NCBI GenBank assembly: GCA_021845665.1
Contig: JAJZVO010000005.1
Location: forward strand, 17,422-81,421
Length of the DNA: 64,000 nt
Reading direction: 5' to 3'
From: Bacteroidota bacterium
GTDB taxonomy: Bacteria; Bacteroidota; Ignavibacteria; Kryptoniales; JAKASW01
Shown here: one piece after another, positions 37,469 to 48,400 of the stretch
Layout: each line of letters opens with the position of its first letter
Numbering within the stretch: the stretch's first letter is position 1
Position numbers and translations under genes: made by a program
Notes under the pieces: model-generated
Told to the model about the DNA's origin: nothing
Database searches by the model: none
The model's input: only the letters and a program-made list of their open reading frames with translations

Positions 37469-39211
37469 TCAAGACTGTTTGTTGTCATTAGTAGTTTTCT
37501 TGCTCGTAAAGAAATCCTGCCGTTGATGGTAGTACCCCACAGAAAAGTTTGCTTGATCGTTCAAGGTGAGATTAGCAGGCAGTGCGGATATTTCAGACAT
37601 GACTTCCCCAATCAATTTCTCGAAGTTCACTTTTCTGCCGGGATTTTCGATCTTCGCTAAATGATGATTCTTTAACTTTAGCAATTGAGAGAATACGGCA
37701 ACGGGACTAGTCGATGCTGCACCGTAAAAACGGTCCCGTATTGTCGCGTTGATTCCCGGGTTCGCCTCCTCTTGGATTTTCTCCAGAACCGCAAAAAGAC
37801 GTCCCAAGCGGTAGCCCGTGTTTGTGTTTGTTGGATCGAGTGCCACAGTGATCTCCTTTTCAAATGATTTGTGAACACGTTTTAAACGATTAATGGCAGC
37901 CTTCAGGATTGCCGCACGTGCGCGGGTGACGTTCCGCTCCGCTCTAATTCTCCTCATACACTGTTGGAGAAGAGTTGACGGATATGGCGTCCCATCAAGA
38001 ATGCTCTCGACAACACCGCCAGCCAGGTTTGGTGGAACATTCTGCATTTTGTACTCCAATGCTGTCGATGTAAGGATCCGGAAGAGCGAGAGATATTCCG
38101 GGTCTTTGGGCCCTCGCACAATTTCGAAGTCGTCAAAGTGCCTCTTTATGTTTTCGCCAACCTCTCGTACGGTCCCCTGTCGAAAAAACCTAACCGATAT
38201 ACGTGCTGCATTCGGAGCAAGACCGAGGACGTAAAAGCGGTCACCGCTCTGTGAAAGGCGCCCGGTATTAACTGACTCATACAGACTCCTGACCGCCTGC
38301 ACACCACGGTCTGGATCGTCTTTCTGGTCCGCTATGTACCACGCGAAGTCCTTTTCCAGATCGTATGATCCTTTATCGTCTTTTCGTTTTTCACCCCAAA
38401 AAGCTATCGTTGCATCGCCTACGGAAACCTTGTTGCGAGAATCCTTCCCGAGCAAAAGATTCAAAGCTGTCGTGTAGGCAAATGTTGCCCTCTCGCTTAT
38501 TGGGGAATTGAAACTTTGTGTTTTGCCAAATGAATTGAATGCGGGAAGATTGAACGACACAAGCGAACCCCCTTGCGTGTTTGTTCCCCGAACCCCTTTT
38601 ATAGAGGGATGAAGTCGTGCGACCTCGACATTCTTCTCCCCTGTGACCAGGCAAATTCCAATTACCGAATCCCCGGATGAAGGTCCAGGTATTTCATGCT
38701 GGAGATCGTCGCAGATTGTGCTATGCTTCTCTCCATCAAGCTTGAATGTAACGAACGGATTTTCTTCCAAGATTCGATTCCATAGATCTGAATAACCGGA
38801 CCCCTCAATCTGCTTGACAGGATCCTTTGAGAGAAACTGCAGTAACGCATTGACAGAGGGGACTTCTTTTCCTTCTACATCGTTCCCTATTCTTTCTATG
38901 AACGCCTTGTGTCGCTGGGAGACATCTTTTCTTTTCCTTGGATTGGCTCCGAGCGCATATTCGATATTATCCCAGAGTAAGTTTGCCTTGATTCCCGACG
39001 CTCGCTTAGCAGATTGAGGGACAAGGAATGGCCTCGCTCGTTTCACCTTTCCTTCCCCCTCTCTCGTATCGTTGATCGCAACGAAACGACCCTCCTTATT
39101 AATGACAATCAAATAGGGTATCTCTTTCCATTCCCATCCTTCAGGAGCGACCGTGCTTTCCGGGTCGGCCGCTTTTCGTTCGTAGTAGTCGTATAACGCC
39201 TGCAAAATCAT
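37469..39211 (-). CDS. cas8c: Cascade large subunit Cas8c (Csd1, I-C)
   Basis: 580 aa. The N-terminus MILQALYDYYERK..EGWEWKEIPYLIVINKEGRFV is typical of Csd1. The gene overlaps the cas5 stop by 4 nt. Confidence 0.9.
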   Translation of the reverse strand: MILQALYDYYERKAADPESTVAPEGWEWKEIPYLIVINKEGRFVAINDTREGEGKVKRARPFLVPQSAKRASGIKANLLWDNIEYALGANPRKRKDVSQRHKAFIERIGNDVEGKEVPSVNALLQFLSKDPVKQIEGSGYSDLWNRILEENPFVTFKLDGEKHSTICDDLQHEIPGPSSGDSVIGICLVTGEKNVEVARLHPSIKGVRGTNTQGGSLVSFNLPAFNSFGKTQSFNSPISERATFAYTTALNLLLGKDSRNKVSVGDATIAFWGEKRKDDKGSYDLEKDFAWYIADQKDDPDRGVQAVRSLYESVNTGRLSQSGDRFYVLGLAPNAARISVRFFRQGTVREVGENIKRHFDDFEIVRGPKDPEYLSLFRILTSTALEYKMQNVPPNLAGGVVESILDGTPYPSTLLQQCMRRIRAERNVTRARAAILKAAINRLKRVHKSFEKEITVALDPTNTNTGYRLGRLFAVLEKIQEEANPGINATIRDRFYGAASTSPVAVFSQLLKLKNHHLAKIENPGRKVNFEKLIGEVMSEISALPANLTLNDQANFSVGYYHQRQDFFTSKKTTNDNKQS

Positions 39212-39969
39212 CGCCGCACCTCCTCACTGTCACGCACCGGAATGCTCACGGCACCATTCTTCATCTCTGCACGAAAGAACATCGGTTGAGGATTTTCCAG
39301 ATCAGTGAAATCCATATCGTACAGCATAAACCCAAGATCGCGCGTTTCGGAAATCGCTTCCTGCTCCACCTCATGATTCTCAACGAGGCGAAAACTGCAG
39401 CTGAATTCCCGCGTACCGAGATAGGGCTGATTGAAGCACTGCCCCTTTTTTCCTCTCCGCTCGAACATTGCCAGATATTTCCCGGGTGTTTCATCATTTG
39501 TTGTGCTGCCGCTCTTTGTTTCCCAGTCTTTGATCTCCTCTTGCATGAATTGCTTCTCCTCGGGATCCCAAAGGAATTCCGGTACAACAGTATGCCTGTT
39601 ATTCTTTCTCTGATCGACCGGGATATATTCGATCACAGCGTAGAAACGGTATCTAACGTCACGCAGGAACAAACCCGCACGCTGCTGCCGATTATCCTCG
39701 ATCAAAAGCCCCTCGCTTCGGTCGCTCATGACCGCACCAACTTCATTGCGCCGTACCGAAATCCACTTTATCGGATTGAGAACTTCTATCCGAGTGGGCT
39801 GCCACCGGACAGCCGGTTTCCAGAAAATGGCTTCGAACACTGCGCGCACAGCCGATGGTGTGGGAACATCGTAGCTGACGCGTTCCACCTTCATTTCCGG
39901 TCGGGTGAAGCATGCGTAGTCCCCCCATACCTCAAGGCAAAAAGGTTTGTGGTCATACCTTTGATTCAT
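39208..39969 (-). CDS. cas5: Cas5 (Cas5d/Cas5c, pre-crRNA-processing subunit of I-C)
   Basis: 253 aa. Sequence FCLEVWGDYACFTRPEMKVERVSYDVPTPSAVRAVFEAIFWKP..RQQRAGLFLRDVRY. Confidence 0.92.
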   Translation of the reverse strand: MNQRYDHKPFCLEVWGDYACFTRPEMKVERVSYDVPTPSAVRAVFEAIFWKPAVRWQPTRIEVLNPIKWISVRRNEVGAVMSDRSEGLLIEDNRQQRAGLFLRDVRYRFYAVIEYIPVDQRKNNRHTVVPEFLWDPEEKQFMQEEIKDWETKSGSTTNDETPGKYLAMFERRGKKGQCFNQPYLGTREFSCSFRLVENHEVEQEAISETRDLGFMLYDMDFTDLENPQPMFFRAEMKNGAVSIPVRDSEEVRR

Positions 39970-39996
39970 AGTCGTTCCTCCAATATTTTTCGATCC

Positions 39997-42318
39997 TTAA
40001 ACAACTCCGGAACCATATACCCAATCACTTTCATTACCGAGAAGGCCCAAACCTGGTCTGTACAGGCTCTCATCCTTTTGTACCCAGTATCCATTGACTT
40101 CTTCTATGTAATTATTCTTTTGAATCCGATCGAACATCTGCACCGGGACATTCACGAGAAATCTCTGCAATCTGCGGATCCTGTCCCTTGACGGCCCCTT
40201 ATACCGCAGCTCGTCAGTCAATTCCCGGCTGTCAATCCCCGTCCTTTCGTTCTTATACCAGACGATTATGCTTCTCTGCGCCGCGTCATCAATCATGTGA
40301 AAATCCTGAGCGAGGGTTCGGAATTGAAAGCTGAAATCACCCGCGTCTCTGACCATCCGCTCGTGGAACATCGGCTTGTCAAATCCATTGAGACTTGTGA
40401 AGAGATGTTGAAAGTATTCGGTAAAAAGGGTCGGAGTTAACTCAAGTGCGGATTTGGTTCGCAGGATCATCCTGCAGGCATCTTCACCTTTCCGCAACAT
40501 TCCGGTGGGCGTCGCCTTTGGAGGATTAAACACAATGACCTTCCCGAGCTTTCCTTTCTCAGCCAATCTATTCTCCCGGTTACAGCGACCAGCCGCCTGC
40601 GCTATCGAATCGAGCCCGGCAAGCGCGCGATACACGACCGGGAAATCAATATCGACTCCGGCCTCAACGATCTGCGTGCTGATAACACGTATCGGGTCGC
40701 CATCTCTGAGTCTTGCCTTGATTTCCGATATGACTTGACTTCGTTCTTCCCCGCACATAAACGCCGAAAGATGGACCGTCCCTTCCGGCATGATGGCATG
40801 AAGTGTCCTGCAGTCGGAGCGAGTATTCACGATGCAAAGGACCTGTTTATGCTTTCGGAGTTCAGCAGCAACGTCGCCCCATTCCGACCGAATATTCAAA
40901 TCGGGTGGGGTTATCTCAACCCGCCGGAAATCAATTGCGAGGGATTCAGGATCATCTACGATGTGCTTAATATCCAAAATGCCTTCGAAGGCATTCGGTG
41001 CAGATCCGATGCGCCCCTCCAAAGCAGGTTGTGTCGCAGTCATAAGAACAACCGTAACACCGAAGTGTTTTACCAATCCTCGCAGTACTGAAACGATTGG
41101 CTTCAAGTACTCGGGCGGCAGCATCTGTGCTTCATCAAGGATGATGATACTGTTGACCAAGTTGTGGAGCTTCCTGCAAGACGATGTTCGACTCGCAAAC
41201 AGAGATTCAAAAAGCTGAACGTTAGTCGTGACAATAACAGGCGCATCCCAGTTTTCAGAGGCAAGCCGGCTTCTGCTATCTTCTTTATCGGGATCAAGAT
41301 TACTGTGGTGTTCGACAACCTGGTCTTCGCCGAAAAGAAATCGCCCGGTGTTTCTTCTCTCTTCAATCTCTTCGTTGTCGTCAGTCCCGTACTTAAAAAC
41401 CTTCGCGGTCTGCTCAATAATGCTCGTGTACGGGATTGCCATAATGATCCGTCTCTTTTCCTTTCCCGGTTGCAGTGCGTGTTCGAGTGCAAACGCCATG
41501 GAAGAAAGTGTCTTGCCGCCGCCGGTGGGTACATTGAGAGTAAAGAATCCCGGTGAGAGCTTTGCCTTCAGCCTGCATTGCTCAAGAATCCCGTTTCGCT
41601 TCTTGTTAATCTCGGTATCCGATTTTTTCTCCCCCATGAACTTGTCAAACCGGTTCTTCAATTGAGAAAGCGACAGGTACTTTCCTCTTTCTTCATGCTG
41701 TTCCGGATTCATGAATTCTTCAGTATCAAGAAAGTCAGCGTCGACGAGACAGGAGAAAAGCATTCGCACCCACAGGTGCATATGCTCTTTGCTCCTTGTG
41801 GCCGCCGGTGCAGATTCGGGGAATGTCTTTTCAAGGAATTGTCTTGCTTCCGGTATCCTTCGGATCCCATCGAGTTCTTCTTTATCGAGGACCGCTTCCA
41901 GGGGATTCCTATAAATCCTGTTCTGAAGGTCTCCACCCGCACCGTCAGGATGCCAATCCGGAAGCCCGGCGTGATGTCCCGCGATTCCATAGGCAACTAG
42001 TTTCGCTACGGGACGGCTCTTGAGATTATCAAAAGCTAATACTGCACCTGAAGTGCTGTGATTTGGCCTGGCGTTTCGCCCCTCAATGCAGGCCTCGGAA
42101 TCATACCCCGTCTCTCGGCGGATATATTTCTGCCAGGCAGGAAGAAATTTCCCAAGGTCATGCCAGTATCCCAGCAATTCACCCCAATCACGGTTGCCGA
42201 ATTCGGAAGCAAATTTGCCCGATAATTTTGCGGTTCCGTTCAAATGATCTTCCAGCGATTGGGTGACCCAAACGCCGTCCGGTTCTTGTCTTGCGTGCGC
42301 AATGAATTCGCCCTTCAT
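39997..42318 (-). CDS. cas3: Cas3 HD-nuclease/SF2 helicase fusion
   Basis: 773 aa. HD domain (YWHDLGK..NHSTSGA..IAGHHAGLPDW) followed by helicase motifs VPTGGGKT, IILDEAQ, MTATQP and AGRCNR. Confidence 0.95.
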   Translation of the reverse strand: MKGEFIAHARQEPDGVWVTQSLEDHLNGTAKLSGKFASEFGNRDWGELLGYWHDLGKFLPAWQKYIRRETGYDSEACIEGRNARPNHSTSGAVLAFDNLKSRPVAKLVAYGIAGHHAGLPDWHPDGAGGDLQNRIYRNPLEAVLDKEELDGIRRIPEARQFLEKTFPESAPAATRSKEHMHLWVRMLFSCLVDADFLDTEEFMNPEQHEERGKYLSLSQLKNRFDKFMGEKKSDTEINKKRNGILEQCRLKAKLSPGFFTLNVPTGGGKTLSSMAFALEHALQPGKEKRRIIMAIPYTSIIEQTAKVFKYGTDDNEEIEERRNTGRFLFGEDQVVEHHSNLDPDKEDSRSRLASENWDAPVIVTTNVQLFESLFASRTSSCRKLHNLVNSIIILDEAQMLPPEYLKPIVSVLRGLVKHFGVTVVLMTATQPALEGRIGSAPNAFEGILDIKHIVDDPESLAIDFRRVEITPPDLNIRSEWGDVAAELRKHKQVLCIVNTRSDCRTLHAIMPEGTVHLSAFMCGEERSQVISEIKARLRDGDPIRVISTQIVEAGVDIDFPVVYRALAGLDSIAQAAGRCNRENRLAEKGKLGKVIVFNPPKATPTGMLRKGEDACRMILRTKSALELTPTLFTEYFQHLFTSLNGFDKPMFHERMVRDAGDFSFQFRTLAQDFHMIDDAAQRSIIVWYKNERTGIDSRELTDELRYKGPSRDRIRRLQRFLVNVPVQMFDRIQKNNYIEEVNGYWVQKDESLYRPGLGLLGNESDWVYGSGVV

Positions 42319-42492
42319 GCAAAAGCTCCATTTGTTTCACATGCCCTGCTTCTCTAAATGCGGAACGAGAAGCCGTACCATAGTCTATTTCCGTAAACGC
42401 GACCTCCAGTTCCTGCCAACCGCTTTTTTGAAATTCTGCAATCGGCGATCATCTTCCTGCGCTCGCGGCGTCGGCTGCTCCGTCCGGTGTCA

Positions 42493-43569
42493 CTATCGCC
42501 TTCCCCCTCCGCCCTGGTTCATCATAAAATCCAGCATCTCGTTCTTCATCTCTTCAACCGCGTCGAGCCGACCACGGCTGCGGAGTGCAATGCCGAGTAC
42601 ATTACCGAGCGGGGCAAGGGCATCGACATATTCACCTTTCCTCACTGAAATGGACTCCGGCTTCAGTCCCGACTTTCCTACGGCTGAACATACAACGTCG
42701 GCGAGCAACTGATGTTGAGCCGTCTCGGGGGGTGCCGTCTCCATGTCGAACACGAATCCCGATTGCCTCTGGCACACCACTGCCGTCCGGACATAGTAGG
42801 GCCGTTCGCGATCCATGATAGGCATGGGCATGAAAAACACATCCGCCTCCCACCCAGTGTCGGGTTTCAACTTCTTCCGTTTAATTGCATCGATAGCGGC
42901 AAGATTCAAAATCGGGGGGAGCGGCCGTTTTCTTTCATACACAGGGAGAGGCTCCCACCCGGAAGTGAACTCTCCAGGTGCCTCCTCCGCCGCTGTGTAA
43001 ACGAGGCATTCGTTTTCCCGGAATGACTCGACCACTTCCCTTCTTATCAGCCGCTCAAAGTGCAGGCAGGCTGCATTGATGCCGAGCGTAAGAAATCGCG
43101 CCTCGTCCTCCGTCAGGAACCACGGGGCGTATCCGGGCAGCATGCTCCTGAACTGAGGCCAGGCATTCTTTCCTCTGAACGTGAGGCCTAGCTCTTTCAA
43201 TATGGCGAGGTCCTCCGGGGTCATGTCCTTCCGCGGGCCAAACTCAAGCAGTAGGCAGTTCTGCATGGCGAAGAGGTCGTCAGCCTCCGGTTCAACTTCT
43301 CCCTCAATCGTCCGGCGGTATACATCGAAACCTTCGTCGCCGCGGTACAAGCAGAAACCGAAGACCGACCCGCCGCTCCCCATCACTACACCGCATCCGG
43401 TTTCCCGGCTCCTCGGATCGCGGGCACAGACGAGGTCGATATCGTCGAGGACATTCCAGGGTTGAAGGATATTGAATTTCTCTGCTGCCAGATATAGATC
43501 TTTCCAGACGTTGGTCGGGACTTTCGGCGCTTTTTGTCTCATCTCTCCCTGCTTTCGTTCATCTTCCAT
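42493..43569 (-). CDS. Hypothetical cytoplasmic protein, no family recognised; co-oriented with cas3 and immediately upstream of it
   Basis: The ORF is open from 43626, with candidate starts at ATG 43569 (MEDERKQ) or 43542 (MRQKAPK). No TM segment or signal peptide. No catalytic motif could be assigned by eye. Confidence 0.6.
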   Translation of the reverse strand: MEDERKQGEMRQKAPKVPTNVWKDLYLAAEKFNILQPWNVLDDIDLVCARDPRSRETGCGVVMGSGGSVFGFCLYRGDEGFDVYRRTIEGEVEPEADDLFAMQNCLLLEFGPRKDMTPEDLAILKELGLTFRGKNAWPQFRSMLPGYAPWFLTEDEARFLTLGINAACLHFERLIRREVVESFRENECLVYTAAEEAPGEFTSGWEPLPVYERKRPLPPILNLAAIDAIKRKKLKPDTGWEADVFFMPMPIMDRERPYYVRTAVVCQRQSGFVFDMETAPPETAQHQLLADVVCSAVGKSGLKPESISVRKGEYVDALAPLGNVLGIALRSRGRLDAVEEMKNEMLDFMMNQGGGGRR

Positions 43570-43802
43570 GGGTAGCGACAACTCTCCACGATAATTACCC
43601 CTCACCGCCGCAACACCTGAGATCATCAGTTATTCATTCTCGCAATGTAATTATCCGTGCAACAATTCCTGGTGAAATATACGCGGTGCTTCCTGCCAAG
43701 TCAAAAGGAGGGCGTGCGCCCGCTGTGTTTACGGAACGGCAGTGAACCTTTACTCAAACCATGCAGCTTTATTATATTGCTTTCAAAGTCAGAGGCGCAA
43801 TC

Positions 43803-44255
43803 ATGGAACTCAGTCAACTCCTTCACGGGCATATGGACGAGATCCTCTCGGAGGCAGAGAGCTCTCTTTCGCGGTCTCATCTTGCCCACTATCAGAAAGA
43901 GGGATCGGAACATAACCGGCAGAAATTGAAGGCGCTTTACGTTCTCGCTGTCAGGGCGATCGCGGAGAAAAATCTCGGGCCGATGCTTTCATACTCGGAG
44001 ACCATCGCTAGGGAACGATACGAGACAGGTTTCGATCTTTCGGAAGTCCAGACCGCGTTCAACGTGCTCGAAGAAGCGGCGTGGAGATTCGTCGTGAAAA
44101 ACCTGCCGCCGGTCGAATACGGCGAAGCTATAGGAATGGTCAGCACGGTCCTCGGAGCAGGCAAGGATATGCTCGCCAGGACGTACGTCATGCTCGCGAG
44201 CAAGTCAAGGGCACCGTCTTTCGACCTCCGCTCCATGTTCGCTGGTACGTACTGA
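43803..44255 (+). CDS. Small all-helical hypothetical protein (possibly RsbR-N/globin-sensor-like; weak call)
   Basis: Start ATG 43803 after AGAGG, 150 aa. The helical heptad-like sequence (MELSQLLHGHMDEILSEAE..AFNVLEEAAWRFV) gives only a vague resemblance to RsbRD N-terminal domains. Confidence 0.45.
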   Translation: MELSQLLHGHMDEILSEAESSLSRSHLAHYQKEGSEHNRQKLKALYVLAVRAIAEKNLGPMLSYSETIARERYETGFDLSEVQTAFNVLEEAAWRFVVKNLPPVEYGEAIGMVSTVLGAGKDMLARTYVMLASKSRAPSFDLRSMFAGTY

Positions 44256-44421
44256 CCGGTTCCGGGACGGCTGTCGGAACATCGTGCTCACTCTTCCGGC
44301 GCTGACGAGGGCAAATCCGTGGCCGTTTGGCACAATGGAATTCTCTATCCTGCCGGATAAACTCTCGGGGCGTCTTTTGTGTTAGGTAACGAGACACCCT
44401 AACCATCGAAAGACGAACAAT

Positions 44422-45379
44422 ATGGCAGCCGATAAACAGCGGTTGGCAATTCTCGGAAGCGGTTTCGCATCCCTGAGTCTTGTCAAAAGGATCGACCTCT
44501 CTCTGTACAAGATCGCAATCGTGAGTCCGCGCAATCACTTTCTGTTCACGCCTCTCCTTCCCAGCACTACTGTCGGGACGATCGAATTCCGAAGCATAAT
44601 CGAACCGATAAGATCCTCCAGGAACGAGATAAGATACTACCAGGCGGAATGCATTTCTGTAGATCCGGAGAAGAGCGTTGCGAAATGCGAGACGGTACAG
44701 AGCAAGGAGGTTTTCGACCTCGAGTACGACCATCTTGTCGTCGCGGTCGGAGCAGTAAACAACACATTCGGGATACCGGGAGTTGAAAAGCACGCATTGT
44801 TTCTCAAGGAGCTTCACGATGCCCGGAAGATAAATCGACATCAGGACCAACTCCCCTGTGAAGGAAGTCCAGGAAAGAACCATACTGCTCCACGACGGCA
44901 CGACTATCCCGCACGGTCTTGTCGTGTGGTCGACGGGGATCGGGCCCACGAAACTTCTTCAGTCGCTTCCATTTCCGAAGAACCGCGTTTCCCGTCTCCT
45001 CACGGACGAGTTCCTCAGAGTCCCCGGCACAAAGAACATCTACGCTGCCGGAGATTGCGCGACGTCCGAAGACGAGAATTATCCGGCCACCGCACAGGTC
45101 GCCCAGCAGGAAGGGAAATATCTCTCCTACTCTTTCAACCACATCGCTCGCGGAAAAACGCCGGAGCCGTTTCGCTACAAGAACCTGGGTATGCTCGCGT
45201 ACATCGGAGACAGACGCGCTCTTGCGGACCTCCCGAATGTCAAAGGGAGAGGTTTTGCCACTTTCTTATTCTGGAGATCGGCCTACCTCACTCGGCTCGT
45301 GAGCATGAAGAACAAGATTCTCGTGCTCTTCGACTGGATCAAAGCTTCGATCTTCGGAAGGGATATAAGCAGCTTCTGA
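44422..45379 (+). pseudogene. Type II NADH dehydrogenase (NDH-2, Ndi1-like) with internal deletion and frame change
   Basis: The N-terminal FAD Rossmann fold (LAILGSGFASLSL..RNHFLFTPLLPS..LVVAVGAVNNTFGIPGVEKHALFLKELHDARKI) is in the frame of 44422. After about 44830 the protein continues only in another frame (IDIRTNSPVKEV..LVVWSTGIGP..AAGDCA..TAQVAQQEGKYL..GMLAYIGDRRA..FLFWRSAYL, ending at 45379). The second dinucleotide-binding motif (GGGPTGVE region, about 100 aa) is missing. Confidence 0.7.
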
Positions 45380-45476
45380 CAAGCGCTAAGTGGGCAAAAG
45401 TATATCGCCTGTTTGATTTTTAGCAAGCCGGATTGCAACTTTCACCGTCAGGGAAAGAAATCTCGAGGGGACGGAC

Positions 45477-48400
45477 ATGAAATGGAAATCTGCGCTGGTG
45501 GTGTGGATGGTGACGAGCGTGGGCTACGCACAAGTCGTGATCGACGAACTCATGTATGCGCCGTCCGGCGGACAGCCGGAATGGGTGGAACTCTGCAACA
45601 GCGGCCCCGACAGCGTCAACATAAAAGACTGGACTATTTGCAACAAGACCGGCGTCCGATACGCCGTCAGACGCTCGGATCGTTTTATTCATTCTCATTC
45701 ATATCTTGTCTTAACCAATTCAAATTCATTCGCAGACTACCATCCTGAAGCAACAGGCAGTTTCATCGTAGTCGGCTGGTCGCAGTATTTCCTCGTCAAC
45801 ACCGGCGACACCGTCGTTTTGCGCGACGCTTACAACCGGACGGTCGATTCAGTTTACTACGCCACGTCATGGGGCGGCAGCGGAGGCAAATCGCTGGAGC
45901 GCAGGTCCGCATCGGGCTCATCGAGATCACAGACCAACTGGGGTACGTCCGTTGATCAGGAGGGATGCACTCCGGGAAGAATAAACAGCATCGCTTTGAG
46001 AAGAATCGACCTGAAGATATCCTCCTTTTCGGCTTCCTATTCTTCGGATGAATCGGAATTCCTGTTCGATGTGTCTGTCAAAAACATCGGCGCGGAATCT
46101 GTGAATTCATTTTCCGTGAACATATCCATCGATTATAACGGCGATTCAATCGCGCAGCCACAGGAACTGATGACTTCAACTTCAGGTCGTGCGTTGAATC
46201 CAGGAGATTCCGTTCACATCCAGGTGACTGAAAAGGCCGGTTATTCAGGAAGATCGAATGCCATCGCGGTGGTAAACCTTGATTCTGATGAGTACACACC
46301 GAACAACGATGCGATCACGAAAATTAACATATCATATCGACCCGGCTCGGTCGTGGTGAACGAAATCATGTATGCCCCCACAAGTCCGGCGCCCGAGTGG
46401 GTCGAGCTGTATAACACTTCACCCGATTCCATTTCATTCGAGAGTTTCACGATCGGCGATAATTCCGGAACGATATCGCGAGTGAAAGAAAAGGATCGTG
46501 TCCTGCCTCCGTCAGGATATATTGTGATCGCCGACGACTCGATATTCTTTAACTATCATCCCGGCCTTTCCGCTTGCGTAATCGTTCTGGCAATCCCTTC
46601 GCTCAACAACTCGGGCGATGCCGTTATAGTACATGATCCTTCCGGCAAGACGATGGACAGCGTAGCGTATTCGCCTTCGTGGGGCGGCAACTCGGGCGGG
46701 AAGTCTTTGGAGAGGATCCTGCCGGGCGGGAGCTCAAACGACCCTCAGAACTTCGAGACGTGCATTGATACATCAAAGAGCACACCTGGAAAAGTGAACA
46801 GCGTGACCCCGCGCGATCACGACCTTGCAGTCGGCACTATCAGCTGGTCGCCGTCACCGCTTCAATCCGGAGGCACCGCCGTGATAACCGCAAACATTCT
46901 CAATGTTGGGCTACTGGCGAACGGGGAGTCAGTCGCCGTTCTCTTTCAAGACACCGACAACGACTTGAAACAGGATGCGGGCGAAATACGCGACTCGGTC
47001 GAAATCGGAACCATTCTTCCGGGTGATTCGCTCGCGGTCAGTCTCAGAACTAACACGCTGACATTTGGCTCTCACCGTTTCGGAATTGTGGTCAATTATC
47101 CCGGCGACGAAAGAACATCCAACAATTCGAAGAGCTTCATTCTAAGAGTGGGCCTCCCTGCCGCCACTGTCGTGATTAACGAGCTGATGTATGCCCCCGT
47201 GAGTCCCGAAGCCGAGTGGATCGAGCTGTACAACACGAGCGGTGCGCCCGTCGATCTTTCCGATTTCAGGATCTCGAGCCACACAAGCGCGGCGAGAATC
47301 AAGTCGGCAACAGTCATCGCGCCGGCCGGGTTTCTGGTGTTATGCAAGGATTCGTCCGTCCAGCGGCTACATGACAATGCAAGAAACTTGGTCATCCAAT
47401 CCGTGCCGACGCTGAACAACGCCGGAGCGGGCGTTGGGCTTCACGACAATCTCGGAAATCTCGTGGACACCATCGACTACCGTCCGTCTTTCGGCGGAGA
47501 CACGGGACGCTCTCTCGAGAGGATAGACTTTCTTGCGGGGAGCGACTCTACTAACTGGGCAGAAAGCATGGACACAACAGGCGCAACCCCCGGAACTCAA
47601 AATAGCGTCGCCATTCTCCCGTTCGACGTAGCGATCAAGCGGCTCGACTTGTCGTCCGCTTCCGTCGCTCCGGGGCGAGCCGGGACAATCTCGGTTATCG
47701 TCGTGAATCGCGGAAGGAATGCGGCTGCAGACGTGTCGGTAGCTCTTCGAATCGAACGAGATTTGGATTCGGCCCAGGATTATTCCGAAACCGTCCGCAT
47801 CGCTCGACCTATCGCTCCAAGGGACAGCGCTTCGATTCAGTTCGTTTTCTCCCCCGGAGGTCCGGGCGCCCGCACAGTCTTTGCTCGCCTCCGTCTCGAT
47901 AACGACATGCGATACTGGAACGACACGCTGTCCGCGAAACTGAACGTCCGGTTCGATCCGCAATCGATCGTCATAAACGAAATCATGTTTACAAAAGGGC
48001 CGATGGGCGAATACTTCGAAATCTGTAATAAGTCTCCAGGCCCGATCGATCTCACGGGGTGGGGATTTCACACTCTCTCTTCGTCACTGAAAACGTTCAG
48101 CCAAACCAATAATCCATCATTCCGACATTCCACCATTCCCCGGCTTCCGCCCGGAGGCTATTTCGTGACTGCCTCCGACTCTTCTATCCTCGCCGTCGTT
48201 CCGGACACAAGCGCTGTCGACGTCGTGAAGTCCCTCTCACTTCGCGATGACGGTGATTGTGTCGTCCTTTACGACCCGTCCGGCAACATGGTCGACAGCG
48301 TCTATTATCTCCCATCATGGCACAACTCCGACATCGCAAACACGGCGGGTCGTTCGCTGGAAAAGATTAACCCAACCCTCCCCTCCGGCGAGAAGACAAG

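Noticed and set aside
37469-37960. Internal translation start for a Cas11c small subunit within the 3' part of cas8c, as described for I-C systems
   Set aside because: An in-frame Met (..QQCMRRIRAERN..) exists about 162 codons from the stop. It has no convincing Shine-Dalgarno sequence upstream and the size is larger than expected, so the sequence alone cannot support it.
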